Shown here in pieces: positions 9,768 to 18,643 of a stretch of DNA of 64,000 nucleotides. The first letter of the stretch is position 1, and each line of letters begins with the position of its first letter. A program made the position numbers and the translations under genes. Source of the stretch: an uncultured Rhodanobacter sp. (GTDB taxonomy: Bacteria > Pseudomonadota > Gammaproteobacteria > Xanthomonadales > Rhodanobacteraceae); assembly GCA_964568445.1 (NCBI GenBank), contig CAZMPZ010000014.1, positions 1,905-65,904 on the forward strand, in the 5' to 3' direction. The notes below the pieces were generated by a model, which saw only the letters and a list, made by a program, of their open reading frames with translations, made no database searches and was not told the origin of the DNA.

Positions 9768-11666
9768 ATGAGCAGTCGCTACGACGCCGCCGATATCGAG
9801 GTTTTGTCTGGTCTGGACCCGGTCAAGCGCCGGCCCGGCATGTACACCGACACCACCCGGCCCAACCACCTGGTGCAGGAGGTGGTGGACAACTCCGTGG
9901 ACGAGGCACTGTCCGGCTACGCCAGCACCATCGACGTGGTGCTGCACGAGGACGGCTCGATCGAAGTCAGCGATGACGGCCGCGGCATGCCGGTGGACAT
10001 CCATCCGGAGGAGAAGGTCCCCGGCGTCGAGCTGATCATGACCCGGTTGCACGCCGGCGGTAAGTTCAGCGGCAAGAACTACAACTTTTCCGGTGGCCTG
10101 CATGGCGTCGGTGTCTCGGTGGTCAACGCGCTGTCCGAACGCGCCGAGGTCACCATCCGCCGTGACGGCAACGAATACCGCATGGTGTTTGCCCACGGCG
10201 ACAAGCAGGGCAAACTGGAAACACTCGGCAGTGTGGCGAAAAAGTGCAGCGGCACGACACTGCATTTCTGGCCGGAAGCCAAGTATTTCGACTCGCCAAA
10301 AATTTCCCTGCCCAAGCTCAAGCACCTGCTGCGCGCCAAGGCCGTGCTGTGCGCCGGACTCACCGTCAGCCTGACCGACCACGTCAGCGGTGAATCCTGC
10401 CAGTGGCATTACGAAAACGGCCTGCGCGACTATCTGCGTGGCGAACTGGATGGTACGCCGGCGCTGCCTGACGAGTTGTTCGTGCACCACACCGCGCGCG
10501 ACGACGAGGGCCTGGAGGTGGCGCTGGCCTGGGTGCCGGAAGGCGAGCTGATCCAGGAAAGCTACGTCAACCTGATTCCCACCCTGCAAGGCGGCACGCA
10601 TGTCAACGGCCTGCGCACCGGCTTGACCACCACGGTGCGCGAGTTCTGCGACCTGCATAATCTGCTGCCACGCGGCGTCAAGCTGGCGCCGGAGGATGTG
10701 TGGGAGCGTTTGTCGTTCGTGTTGTCCGCGCGCTTGCGCGATCCGCAGTTTGCCGGCCAGATCAAGGAGCGCTTGTCTTCCCGCCACGCCGCTGGGCTGG
10801 TGGAAACCATCATCCACGATGCCTTCAGCATCTGGCTCAACCAGCATGTGGACATTGGCGAACGCATTGCCCAGCTGGCGATCGAACACGCCAGCGCACG
10901 CTTGAAGGCCTCCAGGCAGATCGTGCGCAAGAAGATCACGCAAGGTCCGGCCCTGCCCGGCAAGCTGGCCGATTGCACGGCCACCGATCTCTCGCGCACG
11001 GAGTTGTTCCTGGTCGAGGGCGACTCGGCCGGCGGCAGCGCCAAGCAGGCGCGCGACAAGGAGTTCCAGGCAATCCTGCCGCTGCGCGGCAAGATCCTCA
11101 ACACATGGGAAGTGGAATCCACCCAGGTACTGGCTTCCGAAGAAGTACACAACCTGGCCGTGGCCATCGGCTGCGATCCGGGCAAGGACGATCTCTCCGG
11201 CCTGCGCTACGGCAAGGTCATCGTGCTGGCCGATGCCGACTCCGACGGCCTGCACATCGCCACCTTGCTGTCGGCCTTGTTCCTGCGCCACTTTCCCAAG
11301 CTGGTCAGCGAAGGCCATGTGTTCATCGCCATGCCGCCGCTGTTCCGCGTCGATGTCGGCAAACAGGTGTTCTACTGCCTCGACGAAGGCGAGAAGCAGG
11401 CCATGCTGCAGCGTATCGAGCGCGAGAAAATGAAGGGCGCGGTGAGCACCACGCGCTTCAAGGGCCTGGGCGAAATGAATCCGCCGCAGCTGCGCGAGTC
11501 CACCATCCACCCCGACACGCGGCGGCTGGTGCAACTCACCGTCGACGACGACATCACCGACACCAGCACGATCAAATTGATGGATCTATTGCTGTCCAAG
11601 AAGCGCGCCAGTGACCGCAAGGCATGGCTGGAACAAAAGGGCGATCTGGCGTCATTGGAAGTGTGA
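9768..11666 (+). CDS. parE: DNA topoisomerase IV subunit B
   Basis: Start trimmed to ATG 9768: MSSRYDAADIEVLSGLDPVKRRPGMYTD. GHKL ATPase and TOPRIM motifs (EGDSAGGSAKQARD) are present. 632 aa, as for ParE rather than the longer GyrB. Confidence 0.95.
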   Translation: MSSRYDAADIEVLSGLDPVKRRPGMYTDTTRPNHLVQEVVDNSVDEALSGYASTIDVVLHEDGSIEVSDDGRGMPVDIHPEEKVPGVELIMTRLHAGGKFSGKNYNFSGGLHGVGVSVVNALSERAEVTIRRDGNEYRMVFAHGDKQGKLETLGSVAKKCSGTTLHFWPEAKYFDSPKISLPKLKHLLRAKAVLCAGLTVSLTDHVSGESCQWHYENGLRDYLRGELDGTPALPDELFVHHTARDDEGLEVALAWVPEGELIQESYVNLIPTLQGGTHVNGLRTGLTTTVREFCDLHNLLPRGVKLAPEDVWERLSFVLSARLRDPQFAGQIKERLSSRHAAGLVETIIHDAFSIWLNQHVDIGERIAQLAIEHASARLKASRQIVRKKITQGPALPGKLADCTATDLSRTELFLVEGDSAGGSAKQARDKEFQAILPLRGKILNTWEVESTQVLASEEVHNLAVAIGCDPGKDDLSGLRYGKVIVLADADSDGLHIATLLSALFLRHFPKLVSEGHVFIAMPPLFRVDVGKQVFYCLDEGEKQAMLQRIEREKMKGAVSTTRFKGLGEMNPPQLRESTIHPDTRRLVQLTVDDDITDTSTIKLMDLLLSKKRASDRKAWLEQKGDLASLEV

Positions 11667-11809
11667 GTGCGCTTGGCGGCCCTGGCGCGCCACATCCGGC
11701 TTGTCCCACATCATCGACAACGCGATATGACCCCAGCGGCGACCGTCGCGACCTTCTTTTGCCGCTGGCGCAGCGCTAAGGTGCGGGTAGTTCCCCGCTG
11801 GCGACCGCC

Positions 11810-12331
11810 ATGTCCTTGCTGCCACCACTCAACCTGCAACGCTGGATCGACGAACACCGCCACCTGCTCAAGCCGCCGGTCGGCAACAAATGCATTGTCG
11901 ACGGCGATTTCATCATCATGATTGTCGGCGGGCCCAATGCACGCACCGATTACCACTACGACGAAGGCCCGGAGTTTTTCTACCAGCTGGAAGGCGGCAT
12001 CACCTTGAACGTGCAGGATGACGGCGCGCGCCGCAGCATCCCGTTGCACGCTGGCGAAATCTTCTACCTGCCACCGCGCGTGCCGCACTCGCCCAACCGT
12101 GCCGCCGGCTCCATTGGCCTGGTGATCGAACGCCGCCGCATCGCCGGCGAGAAGGACGGATTGATGTGGTTCTGCGAAGCGTGCAACCACAAGCTGTACG
12201 AGGAGTATTTCGTGCTGGAAAGCATCGAGCACGACTTCCCGCCGGTATTCGAACGCTTTTACCGCTCGACCGCCGCGCGCACCTGCACGGCTTGCGGCCA
12301 CGTCCATCCGGCGCCGGAAAAATATCTTTGA
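11810..12331 (+). CDS. nbaC: 3-hydroxyanthranilate 3,4-dioxygenase
   Basis: 173 aa cupin. The [16 protein letters not shown] ... PPRVPHSP segments contain the conserved His/Glu/His iron ligands of this family. A C-terminal rubredoxin-like CEAC...CTAC site is present. Confidence 0.9.
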   Translation: MSLLPPLNLQRWIDEHRHLLKPPVGNKCIVDGDFIIMIVGGPNARTDYHYDEGPEFFYQLEGGITLNVQDDGARRSIPLHAGEIFYLPPRVPHSPNRAAGSIGLVIERRRIAGEKDGLMWFCEACNHKLYEEYFVLESIEHDFPPVFERFYRSTAARTCTACGHVHPAPEKYL

Positions 12332-12385
12332 CCCGGTTTGTGGCGATGCCGTGGCAACCTCCGGCCTGACGCGGTGAACGACGCC

Positions 12386-13885
12386 ATGGGTCCCCGCCAG
12401 CGCCGCTGGATTCTCGCGGCGTTGATGCTGAGCATGATGCTGGCGGCCATGGACACCACCATCGTGTCCACCGCCATTCCGCAGATTGTCGGCGACCTCG
12501 GCGGCTTTGCCCTGTTCACCTGGGTGTTCTCGATTTACCTGCTGGCGCAGACGGTCACCATCCCGGTCTACGGCAAGCTGGCGGACATGTTTGGCCGCAA
12601 GCCGATCCTCATCATCGGCACGCTGATTTTCCTTGCCGGCTCCGCCGCCTCCGCACTGGCGTGGGACATGGTGTCGTTGATCGTGTTTCGCGGCCTGCAG
12701 GGACTGGGCGCCGGCTCGATCATGGCCACCGTCAACACGTTGGCCGGCGATCTGTATTCCGTACGCGAGCGCGCACGCATCCAGGGCTGGCTATCCAGCG
12801 TGTGGGGTGTCGCCGCCATCGCCGGGCCGACGCTGGGCGGCGCCTTTGCGCAATACGCCTCGTGGCATTGGATCTTCCTCGTCAACCTGCCTATTGGCGC
12901 GGTGGCGGTGGGGCTGCTGGTGAAGTTCCTGCATGAACCGCTGCAGCATCACCACCACCGCATCGATCACGCCGGTGCCGGCTTGATCCTGCTGGCTGGC
13001 GGCGCACTGATCTTTGCCGTGCTGCAAGGTGGCCAGACCTGGGCATGGCTGTCGTGGCCAAGCGCCCTCGCTTTCGCCTGCGCCAGCGTGCTGCTGGCGG
13101 CCACGGTATGGGTCGAGCGCCGTGCGGCCGAACCGATCATGCCGGGCTGGCTGTGGCGCCACCGCGTGCTGGCCTTGAGCAACCTGGCCACGATTGGCCT
13201 GGGCCTGATGATCATGGGACCCAGCACCTATCTGCCGACCTTCGGCCAATCCACGCTGGGCCTGGGCGCCATTGCCGCCGGCTTGCTGCTGGCCTGCATG
13301 AGCATCGGCTGGCCGGTGGCTTCGGCGTGGTCTGGCAAGCTGTATCTGCGCATTGGTTTTCGCGACACCAGTTTGCTGGGTGCCGTCCTGATCGTGCTCT
13401 CGGCCTGCGGTTTCCTGCTGCTGCCGTACCGCGTGGCCACCGACTGGGTGGTGCTCGATCAAGTGCTGCTGGGCGCCGGCTTCGGCCTGCTGTCCACACC
13501 GCTGCTGGTGGGCGTGCAGTCCATGGTCGGCTGGCGCAAACGCGGCGTCGTCACCGGCGCCAACATCTTCTCGCGCTATCTCGGCCAAAGCCTGGGCGCG
13601 GCGATGTTCGGCGCCATTTTCAACCAGGCGTTGGCTGATGCCTTGGCGCGGGCGCCGGCCTCCGCGCAGGTCCAGTTGCCGACCGGCATCGATACGGTCA
13701 TCAGCGCCCTGTCCGGTCGGCACCTGCCGGCAGCCACCGACGTCTATCTACGCCGAGCCATCGACACCGCCATGCATCACGTCTATCTGGGGCTGCTTGG
13801 CGTGTCGCTGCTGACGGTCGTCGCACTGGCGTTCACGCCTCGACGGTTTGGCGTCATCGACGGCGAGTCCGGGCTGGACGGCTGA
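12386..13885 (+). CDS. MFS transporter, DHA2 (EmrB/QacA, 14-TM) family
   Basis: Start trimmed to ATG 12386. N-terminus is LMLSMMLAAMDTTIVSTAIPQIVGDLGG, with motif GKLADMFGRKP. Length and hydropathy fit 14 TM helices. Confidence 0.88.
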   Translation: MGPRQRRWILAALMLSMMLAAMDTTIVSTAIPQIVGDLGGFALFTWVFSIYLLAQTVTIPVYGKLADMFGRKPILIIGTLIFLAGSAASALAWDMVSLIVFRGLQGLGAGSIMATVNTLAGDLYSVRERARIQGWLSSVWGVAAIAGPTLGGAFAQYASWHWIFLVNLPIGAVAVGLLVKFLHEPLQHHHHRIDHAGAGLILLAGGALIFAVLQGGQTWAWLSWPSALAFACASVLLAATVWVERRAAEPIMPGWLWRHRVLALSNLATIGLGLMIMGPSTYLPTFGQSTLGLGAIAAGLLLACMSIGWPVASAWSGKLYLRIGFRDTSLLGAVLIVLSACGFLLLPYRVATDWVVLDQVLLGAGFGLLSTPLLVGVQSMVGWRKRGVVTGANIFSRYLGQSLGAAMFGAIFNQALADALARAPASAQVQLPTGIDTVISALSGRHLPAATDVYLRRAIDTAMHHVYLGLLGVSLLTVVALAFTPRRFGVIDGESGLDG

Positions 13886-13905
13886 ACCGCGCGACGCCTG
13901 CGCGC

Positions 13906-14469
13906 TCAAGCACCGCGCGCCAGCCACTTGCGCGCCATGCGGCGCAGCGATCCTTCCAGCGTGACATCGGCCGCAACGTCGGCCACGGCTCGCCACGCCA
14001 GCGCGCGCGATTCACCATTGCGCACAAAGTGCTCGTCACCGGCCGCACGCGCCACGTAGCGCACATCGTGATGCCAATGCTCCGGCTCGCTGCCGCGCGC
14101 CGGAATGCGGTGGCGATCCAGATCAAAGATGGCTTGTTCCATGCACAGCTGAACAAGGCCGGTTTCCTCCTGTGCCTCGCGGAGCGCCACGCGCTGCAAA
14201 TCCGGATCGCCATCGGCATGGCCGCCGGGCTGCAGCCAGCGATCCAGCTTGCGGTGATGCAGCAGCAACACCCGCGCGCCGTCGGCACTGACCAGCCACG
14301 CCGAGCCGGTGAAATGCGCCTGCAGATTGCTGCGCACAAATGCATCCGGTGTGACGCGCGCGAATTGCGCAAACGCATGCACCAGTTCCGCCTCGGCGGG
14401 CCATTGCTGCGCGTAACGGTCGAACGCGCGCAACAGCGGCTGCACGGACAAACGGGATTGATCGCTCAT
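13906..14469 (-). CDS. NUDIX hydrolase
   Basis: 187 aa. The Nudix box is GGHADGDPDLQRVALREAQEETG. Confidence 0.88.
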   Translation of the reverse strand: MSDQSRLSVQPLLRAFDRYAQQWPAEAELVHAFAQFARVTPDAFVRSNLQAHFTGSAWLVSADGARVLLLHHRKLDRWLQPGGHADGDPDLQRVALREAQEETGLVQLCMEQAIFDLDRHRIPARGSEPEHWHHDVRYVARAAGDEHFVRNGESRALAWRAVADVAADVTLEGSLRRMARKWLARGA

Positions 14470-14601
14470 TGCCCATCCTGGTCACGGGGGTGCCACATGA
14501 CAGCTTGTACTGGCTTGCCGGCATGGGCTATGTTGCCCTGCCACTGTCGCCGTCGATGCACACCACCGGAAACGGGGCATTCATTACTCGAGGGGAGCTC
14601 G

Positions 14602-16140
14602 ATGCTGCGAAGCCTGTTTGCCACCCACCCGATTGGGGCCATGCCGCATGTCGATGCCGGAGAGCCGGTTGAAGGCAGCACCGAAGGCGAGGTTACCCTC
14701 AAACGCGTGCTGACTGCGCGCCACTTGGTGATGCTCGGCATCGGCGCGGTCATCGGCGCCGGCATCTTCGTCCTCACCGGCACGGCTGCGGCCGATTACG
14801 CCGGCCCGGCACTGATCATCAGCTTTTTGCTGGCTGGCGTGGCCTGTGGCCTGGCCGGCCTGTGCTACGCCGAATTCGCGGCAATGCTGCCGGTATCAGG
14901 CAGCGCCTATTCGTATTCCTACGCGACATTGGGCGAGTCGGTCGCCTGGTTTGTCGGCTGGAACCTGGTGCTGGAATACCTGTTTGCCGCCTCGACCGTC
15001 GCCGTGGGCTGGTCGGGTTATTTCAACGAGATGTTGCGCATGCTGAGCTCCGCGGTCGGCATGGATCTCACCCTGCCGGCAGCGCTGGCTTCCGCGCCGT
15101 TCACCTTCAACGATGCGCATCAGCTGGTCGCCACCGGCACCTTGATCAACCTACCAGCCGTGGCCATCGTCGCCGCCATCAGCTGGCTGTGCTATCGCGG
15201 CATCACGCAATCGGCCGGCGTCAACGCCGTCATCGTCGCCATCAAGGTGATCGTGATCCTGCTGTTCCTGGTGGTCACTTTCCACTTCATCAACCCGGCG
15301 CTGTGGCATCCGTTCCTGGTGCCGGCGGAAGCCATCGAAGGCGGCGGCACCAAGTTTGGCTGGGGTGGCGTGGTCCGCGGTGCGGGCGTGGTGTTCTTCG
15401 CCTATATCGGCTTCGATGCGGTTTCCACCGCCGCTGGCGAGGCAAAGAATCCGCAGCGCGACATGCCCATCGGTATTCTCGGGTCGTTGCTGATCTGCAC
15501 CATCCTGTACATCGCCATGGCCGCAGCACTCACCGGCCTGGCACCGTTCCGCGAACTGGACACGCCTGAGCCGGTCGCCACCGCGTTGAGCTATGTGCTG
15601 GGTACGCTGCCGGCAGGCAGCACGGCAAGCATGCTGCTGACGGCGATGAAGGCATTGGTTGTCTTTGCCGCGCTGGCGGGATTGAGCTCGGTGGTGCTGG
15701 TGATGCTGATGGGCCAGCCGCGCATCTTCTACTCGATGTCCAAGGACGGCTTGCTGCCCAAGGTGCTGGGCAAGGTGCACAAGCAGCACCGCACGCCGTA
15801 TGTCGGCACGATCATCGTCGGCATCATCGCGGCGATCCTGGCAGGCTTGCTGCCGGTCACGGTACTGGGCGACATGGTGTCCATGGGTACGTTGCTGGCG
15901 TTCACCACGGTGTGCATCGGCATCCTGGTACTGCGCTACACGCGCCCGGATGTACCGCGCGCATTCAAGGTGCCGATGCCGTGGGTCGTATGCCCGTTGG
16001 GCGCCGCCGCCTGCCTGTTCCTGTTCTGGCCGGTGTTTGTCGACCACTGGACCCTGCTGTGTGGCTGGACCCTCTTCGGCTTCATGATTTACGGCTTCTA
16101 CGGCTACCGGCACAGCAATTTGCGCCGGACCAACGCGTAA
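14602..16140 (+). CDS. Amino acid permease, APC superfamily (cationic amino-acid transporter-like), paralog 1
   Basis: Start trimmed to ATG 14602 (AGGGGAG RBS at 14591-14597). Contains LKRVLTARHLVMLGIGAVIGAGIFVLTG and 12+ TM helices. The upstream part of track ORF 14029.. is antisense to the NUDIX gene. Confidence 0.9.
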   Translation: MLRSLFATHPIGAMPHVDAGEPVEGSTEGEVTLKRVLTARHLVMLGIGAVIGAGIFVLTGTAAADYAGPALIISFLLAGVACGLAGLCYAEFAAMLPVSGSAYSYSYATLGESVAWFVGWNLVLEYLFAASTVAVGWSGYFNEMLRMLSSAVGMDLTLPAALASAPFTFNDAHQLVATGTLINLPAVAIVAAISWLCYRGITQSAGVNAVIVAIKVIVILLFLVVTFHFINPALWHPFLVPAEAIEGGGTKFGWGGVVRGAGVVFFAYIGFDAVSTAAGEAKNPQRDMPIGILGSLLICTILYIAMAAALTGLAPFRELDTPEPVATALSYVLGTLPAGSTASMLLTAMKALVVFAALAGLSSVVLVMLMGQPRIFYSMSKDGLLPKVLGKVHKQHRTPYVGTIIVGIIAAILAGLLPVTVLGDMVSMGTLLAFTTVCIGILVLRYTRPDVPRAFKVPMPWVVCPLGAAACLFLFWPVFVDHWTLLCGWTLFGFMIYGFYGYRHSNLRRTNA

Positions 16141-16146
16141 CCCAAT

Positions 16147-16177
16147 GCGGCCGGCACCCACGCCGGCCGCGGTCTTT
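16147..16177 (+). terminator. Hairpin / weak intrinsic terminator between the two permease paralogs
   Basis: GCGGCCGGC acccac GCCGGCCGC (9-bp perfect stem) followed by GGTCTTTA. Confidence 0.5.
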
Positions 16178-16233
16178 ACGCGGGCGACAGGCGTCCGACG
16201 CCATGGCGCCGCCCGCCAACGCAGAGTCAACTC

Positions 16234-17712
16234 ATGCTCAAGCAATTGCTCGCCCGCAAGTCCGACTTCAGTGAAGGCGATGACACCCACGGCCCGACCC
16301 TGCGACGTACGCTGGGTCCCTGGGGACTGACCGCAATCGGCATCGGCGCCGTGATTGGCGCCGGGATCTTCGTGATCACTGGTGTAGCGGCAGCGGACCA
16401 TGCCGGCCCGGCGGTAATCCTGTCGTTCCTGCTGGCGGCGATCTGCAGCTCGTTCACCGCGTTGTGTTACGCGGAGTTCGCCACGCTGATCCCGCTGTCC
16501 GGCAGCGCGTACTCCTATGCGTACGCCACGCTCGGGGAGCTGATGGCCTGGTTCATCGGCTGGAATCTCGTGCTGGAATACGGCGTGTCCGCCTCCGCCG
16601 TAGCCGTGAGCTGGACCGGCTACTTCCTCAGCCTGCTCAGCCATGTCGGCGGCCTGTTCAACATGGATCTGTCATTGCCGGCAGCGCTTACCAACGCGCC
16701 GCTGGTGTTTACCGCGGACCACCAGCTGGTCGCCACCGGCGCCCTCCTCAACCTGCCGGCAGTGGCACTGGTGGCCTTGCTGACCTGGATTTGCTACGTC
16801 GGCATCCGTGAATCAAGTTTGTTGAATTCGCTCATGGTCATCATCAAGGTCGGCCTGGTCCTGCTGGTGATCGTGGTGGGCTGGCGCTACGTGGATCCCT
16901 CCAACTGGGTGCCGTTCATTCCGGAGTCGGAAGGCAATCATCGCTATGGCTGGGGTGGCGTGATGCGCGGTGCGGCCATGGTGTTCTTCGCCTATATCGG
17001 TTTCGAGGCAACCTCGGTCGCGGCACAGGAGTCGCGCAACCCACAGCGCGACCTGCCCATCGCGATTCTCGGCTCCCTCGCCATCTGCACGTTGCTGTAC
17101 ATCGCGATGGCGGCCGTCATGACCGGACTCAACTCCTACACCATCCTCGGCACGAACGAGCCAGTCGTCACCGCGCTGCAGGGCCATCCGCAACTGGGTT
17201 GGCTGCGCTGGGTGGTGGAGGTTGGCGCGATGCTGGGGCTGGCATCGGTCGTGCTGGTGATGATCATCGCGCAGCCGCGAATCTTCTACATCATGGGCCG
17301 TGACGGCATGCTGCCGAAGGTCTTCACCCGCATCCATCCGGTGCATCGCACTCCGCATCTCAACACGCTCATCACTGGTGCCGGCATTGCCCTGCTCGCC
17401 GCCGTGTTTCCGCTGGACGTGCTTGGCGAGCTTGTGTCCATGGGCACGCTGATCGCCTTCATCGCCGTATGTGGCGGGGTGTGGATCCTGCGCCACACCC
17501 ACCCCGAGCTGAAGCGCACCTTCCGCGTGCCGTGGGCGCCGGTGATCTGCTCGCTCGGCATCCTGAGCTGCCTCGCCTTGCTTTCGTACATGGCCTGGTA
17601 CAACTGGATGCTGATGATCGTGTGGACGGTGGCAGGCCTGGCCATCTACTTCCTCTACGGCTACCGCCACAGCCACTTACGCGACTTGCGACGAAGTGCC
17701 GACATTCGTTGA
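16234..17712 (+). CDS. Amino acid permease, APC superfamily, paralog 2
   Basis: 492 aa. Contains LRRTLGPWGLTAIGIGAVIGAGIFVITG and is collinear with paralog 1 throughout (for example FFAYIGF(D/E)A(V/T)S(T/V)AA(G/Q)E(A/S)(K/R)NPQRD(M/L)PI). Confidence 0.9.
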   Translation: MLKQLLARKSDFSEGDDTHGPTLRRTLGPWGLTAIGIGAVIGAGIFVITGVAAADHAGPAVILSFLLAAICSSFTALCYAEFATLIPLSGSAYSYAYATLGELMAWFIGWNLVLEYGVSASAVAVSWTGYFLSLLSHVGGLFNMDLSLPAALTNAPLVFTADHQLVATGALLNLPAVALVALLTWICYVGIRESSLLNSLMVIIKVGLVLLVIVVGWRYVDPSNWVPFIPESEGNHRYGWGGVMRGAAMVFFAYIGFEATSVAAQESRNPQRDLPIAILGSLAICTLLYIAMAAVMTGLNSYTILGTNEPVVTALQGHPQLGWLRWVVEVGAMLGLASVVLVMIIAQPRIFYIMGRDGMLPKVFTRIHPVHRTPHLNTLITGAGIALLAAVFPLDVLGELVSMGTLIAFIAVCGGVWILRHTHPELKRTFRVPWAPVICSLGILSCLALLSYMAWYNWMLMIVWTVAGLAIYFLYGYRHSHLRDLRRSADIR

Positions 17713-17860
17713 CAACTTCATCAAACGTCGACGATCAGTCGACAAGTGAGAAAGTATCAAGTTTGCCGGTAGTTATGTAGAGTTTGCAGCTTATTTACGG
17801 CACAAGTGACTGATATAAAACGATTTAACGATAATTTTTCGAGACAAATCCCGTCCCGGA
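17713..17860. other. Conspicuously A+T-rich non-coding tract in a G+C-rich window
   Basis: Direct reading: runs such as gaaagtatcaagttt, tagttatgtagagttt, cttatttac and tgatataaaacgatttaacgataattttt. No ORF of 60 aa or more starts here. Confidence 0.8.
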
Positions 17861-17910
17861 CTGCCCTTTGCCGCAAACCCGGGAGTATCATCACCTCACC
17901 GCGGGTTTTT
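17826..17910 (+). ncRNA. Candidate small RNA or orphan leader (prediction only)
   Basis: Extended -10 promoter TGaTATAAA (17811-17819) lies upstream. Two mutually exclusive hairpins follow: 17854-17884, and 17877-17906 followed by a T5 run at 17906-17910. No family assignment is possible by eye. Confidence 0.25.
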
Positions 17911-18083
17911 CACTTGGCAGTGGACCCCGGGATCGCTGCCCGGCGCGTCAGGTGAGTCAGCTCCTCAGCCTGCCGTGTTCCGGGCAGCACTTTGTCTGAC
18001 CGCCGCAACCCGCAAGCCACCTGCGCCGACCGCTGGCCGCACCGTCGACACGCCCGATCACACTCATGCAAGTGGATGCCGGC

Positions 18084-18112
18084 AAAAACAGAAAGGCCGG
18101 CAAACGCCGGCC
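18084..18112 (-). terminator. Intrinsic terminator of the HiPIP gene
   Basis: Minus strand reads GGCCGGC guuu GCCGGCC followed by UUUCUGUUUUUG. Confidence 0.75.
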
Positions 18113-18143
18113 CTTCTCCAAGCCATCGGATTGATACGACGCG

Positions 18144-18476
18144 TCAGGCTTTCTTGGCGTGCGACACGCACCAGCCCTTGGCGTTGACCGATTTGCCCGG
18201 AAACAACTGGCAGCCACCACGCCCGGTCGGGCCACCGCTGTAGAACTGGCAGTTGGCGCAAATGTCGCCAGCCTTGTGCTTGGCATTGGTCGACCTGGAT
18301 GCGTCCTCGACATAGTCCAAGGCCTTGGCCATGGCGTCGGTTTCCTTCACCGGCGGCAGTGGTGCAGCGCCTCGCGCAAAACGCGGCAAGCCGCCAAGCA
18401 CGACCGCCGCCGCCGTGGCACCGGCAGCAACCTTGAGAAAATGACGACGCGACTGGGTATCTACTGGATCAGACAT
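18144..18476 (-). CDS. High-potential iron-sulfur protein (HiPIP), Tat-exported
   Basis: Start trimmed to ATG 18476. Twin-arginine signal is SRRHFLKVAAGATAAAVV. The mature part has the four-Cys HiPIP pattern CANCQFY...GGCQLF...GWCVSH. Confidence 0.9.
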   Translation of the reverse strand: MSDPVDTQSRRHFLKVAAGATAAAVVLGGLPRFARGAAPLPPVKETDAMAKALDYVEDASRSTNAKHKAGDICANCQFYSGGPTGRGGCQLFPGKSVNAKGWCVSHAKKA

Positions 18477-18643
18477 GGCGTGACCTCCGTGGTGACAAGA
18501 CACTTTGCCACGTACGACACGCGGCAAAGGCATGGTAGCCCCGGATCGTCAATGCTTCCTGACTTGCGAGAATGGCTCTCATTTCGCGCCAGATGACCAA
18601 GGCACGCATGTTATATTCGCAACTCATTTGGACGTCCAAAATC

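Noticed and set aside
9630-11534. 634-aa ORF antisense to parE
   Set aside because: This is a typical stop-free shadow frame of a high-GC3 gene, with a Gln/Arg/Ala/Gly-rich product and no recognisable domain, whereas parE on the opposite strand is unambiguous. The same reasoning applies to 1949..3055, 8291..8905, 12791..13723, 15151..16644, 16813..17676, 20105..21178, 24589..25917, 28280..29362, 33565..34815, 44814..45923, 55648..56973, 57716..58720 and 59891..60754.
17757-17891. 44-codon minus-strand ORF (MILPGLRQRAVRDGICLEKLSLNRFISVTCAVNKLQTLHNYRQT) inside the A+T-rich spacer
   Set aside because: It is below the ORF-track threshold. The GAGG is only 2 nt from the ATG. There is no hydrophobic or recognisable motif. 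A 44-codon open frame is not statistically surprising across six frames. I keep it only as an alternative explanation to test by ribosome profiling.
18477-18643. Possible SAM or methionine riboswitch upstream of mtnB
   Set aside because: Only one simple hairpin (CTTTGCC..GGCAAAG) and a TATATT -10-like element are visible. I see no pseudoknot or consensus resembling SAM-I or SAM-II. It is most simply a divergent promoter region shared with the HiPIP gene.
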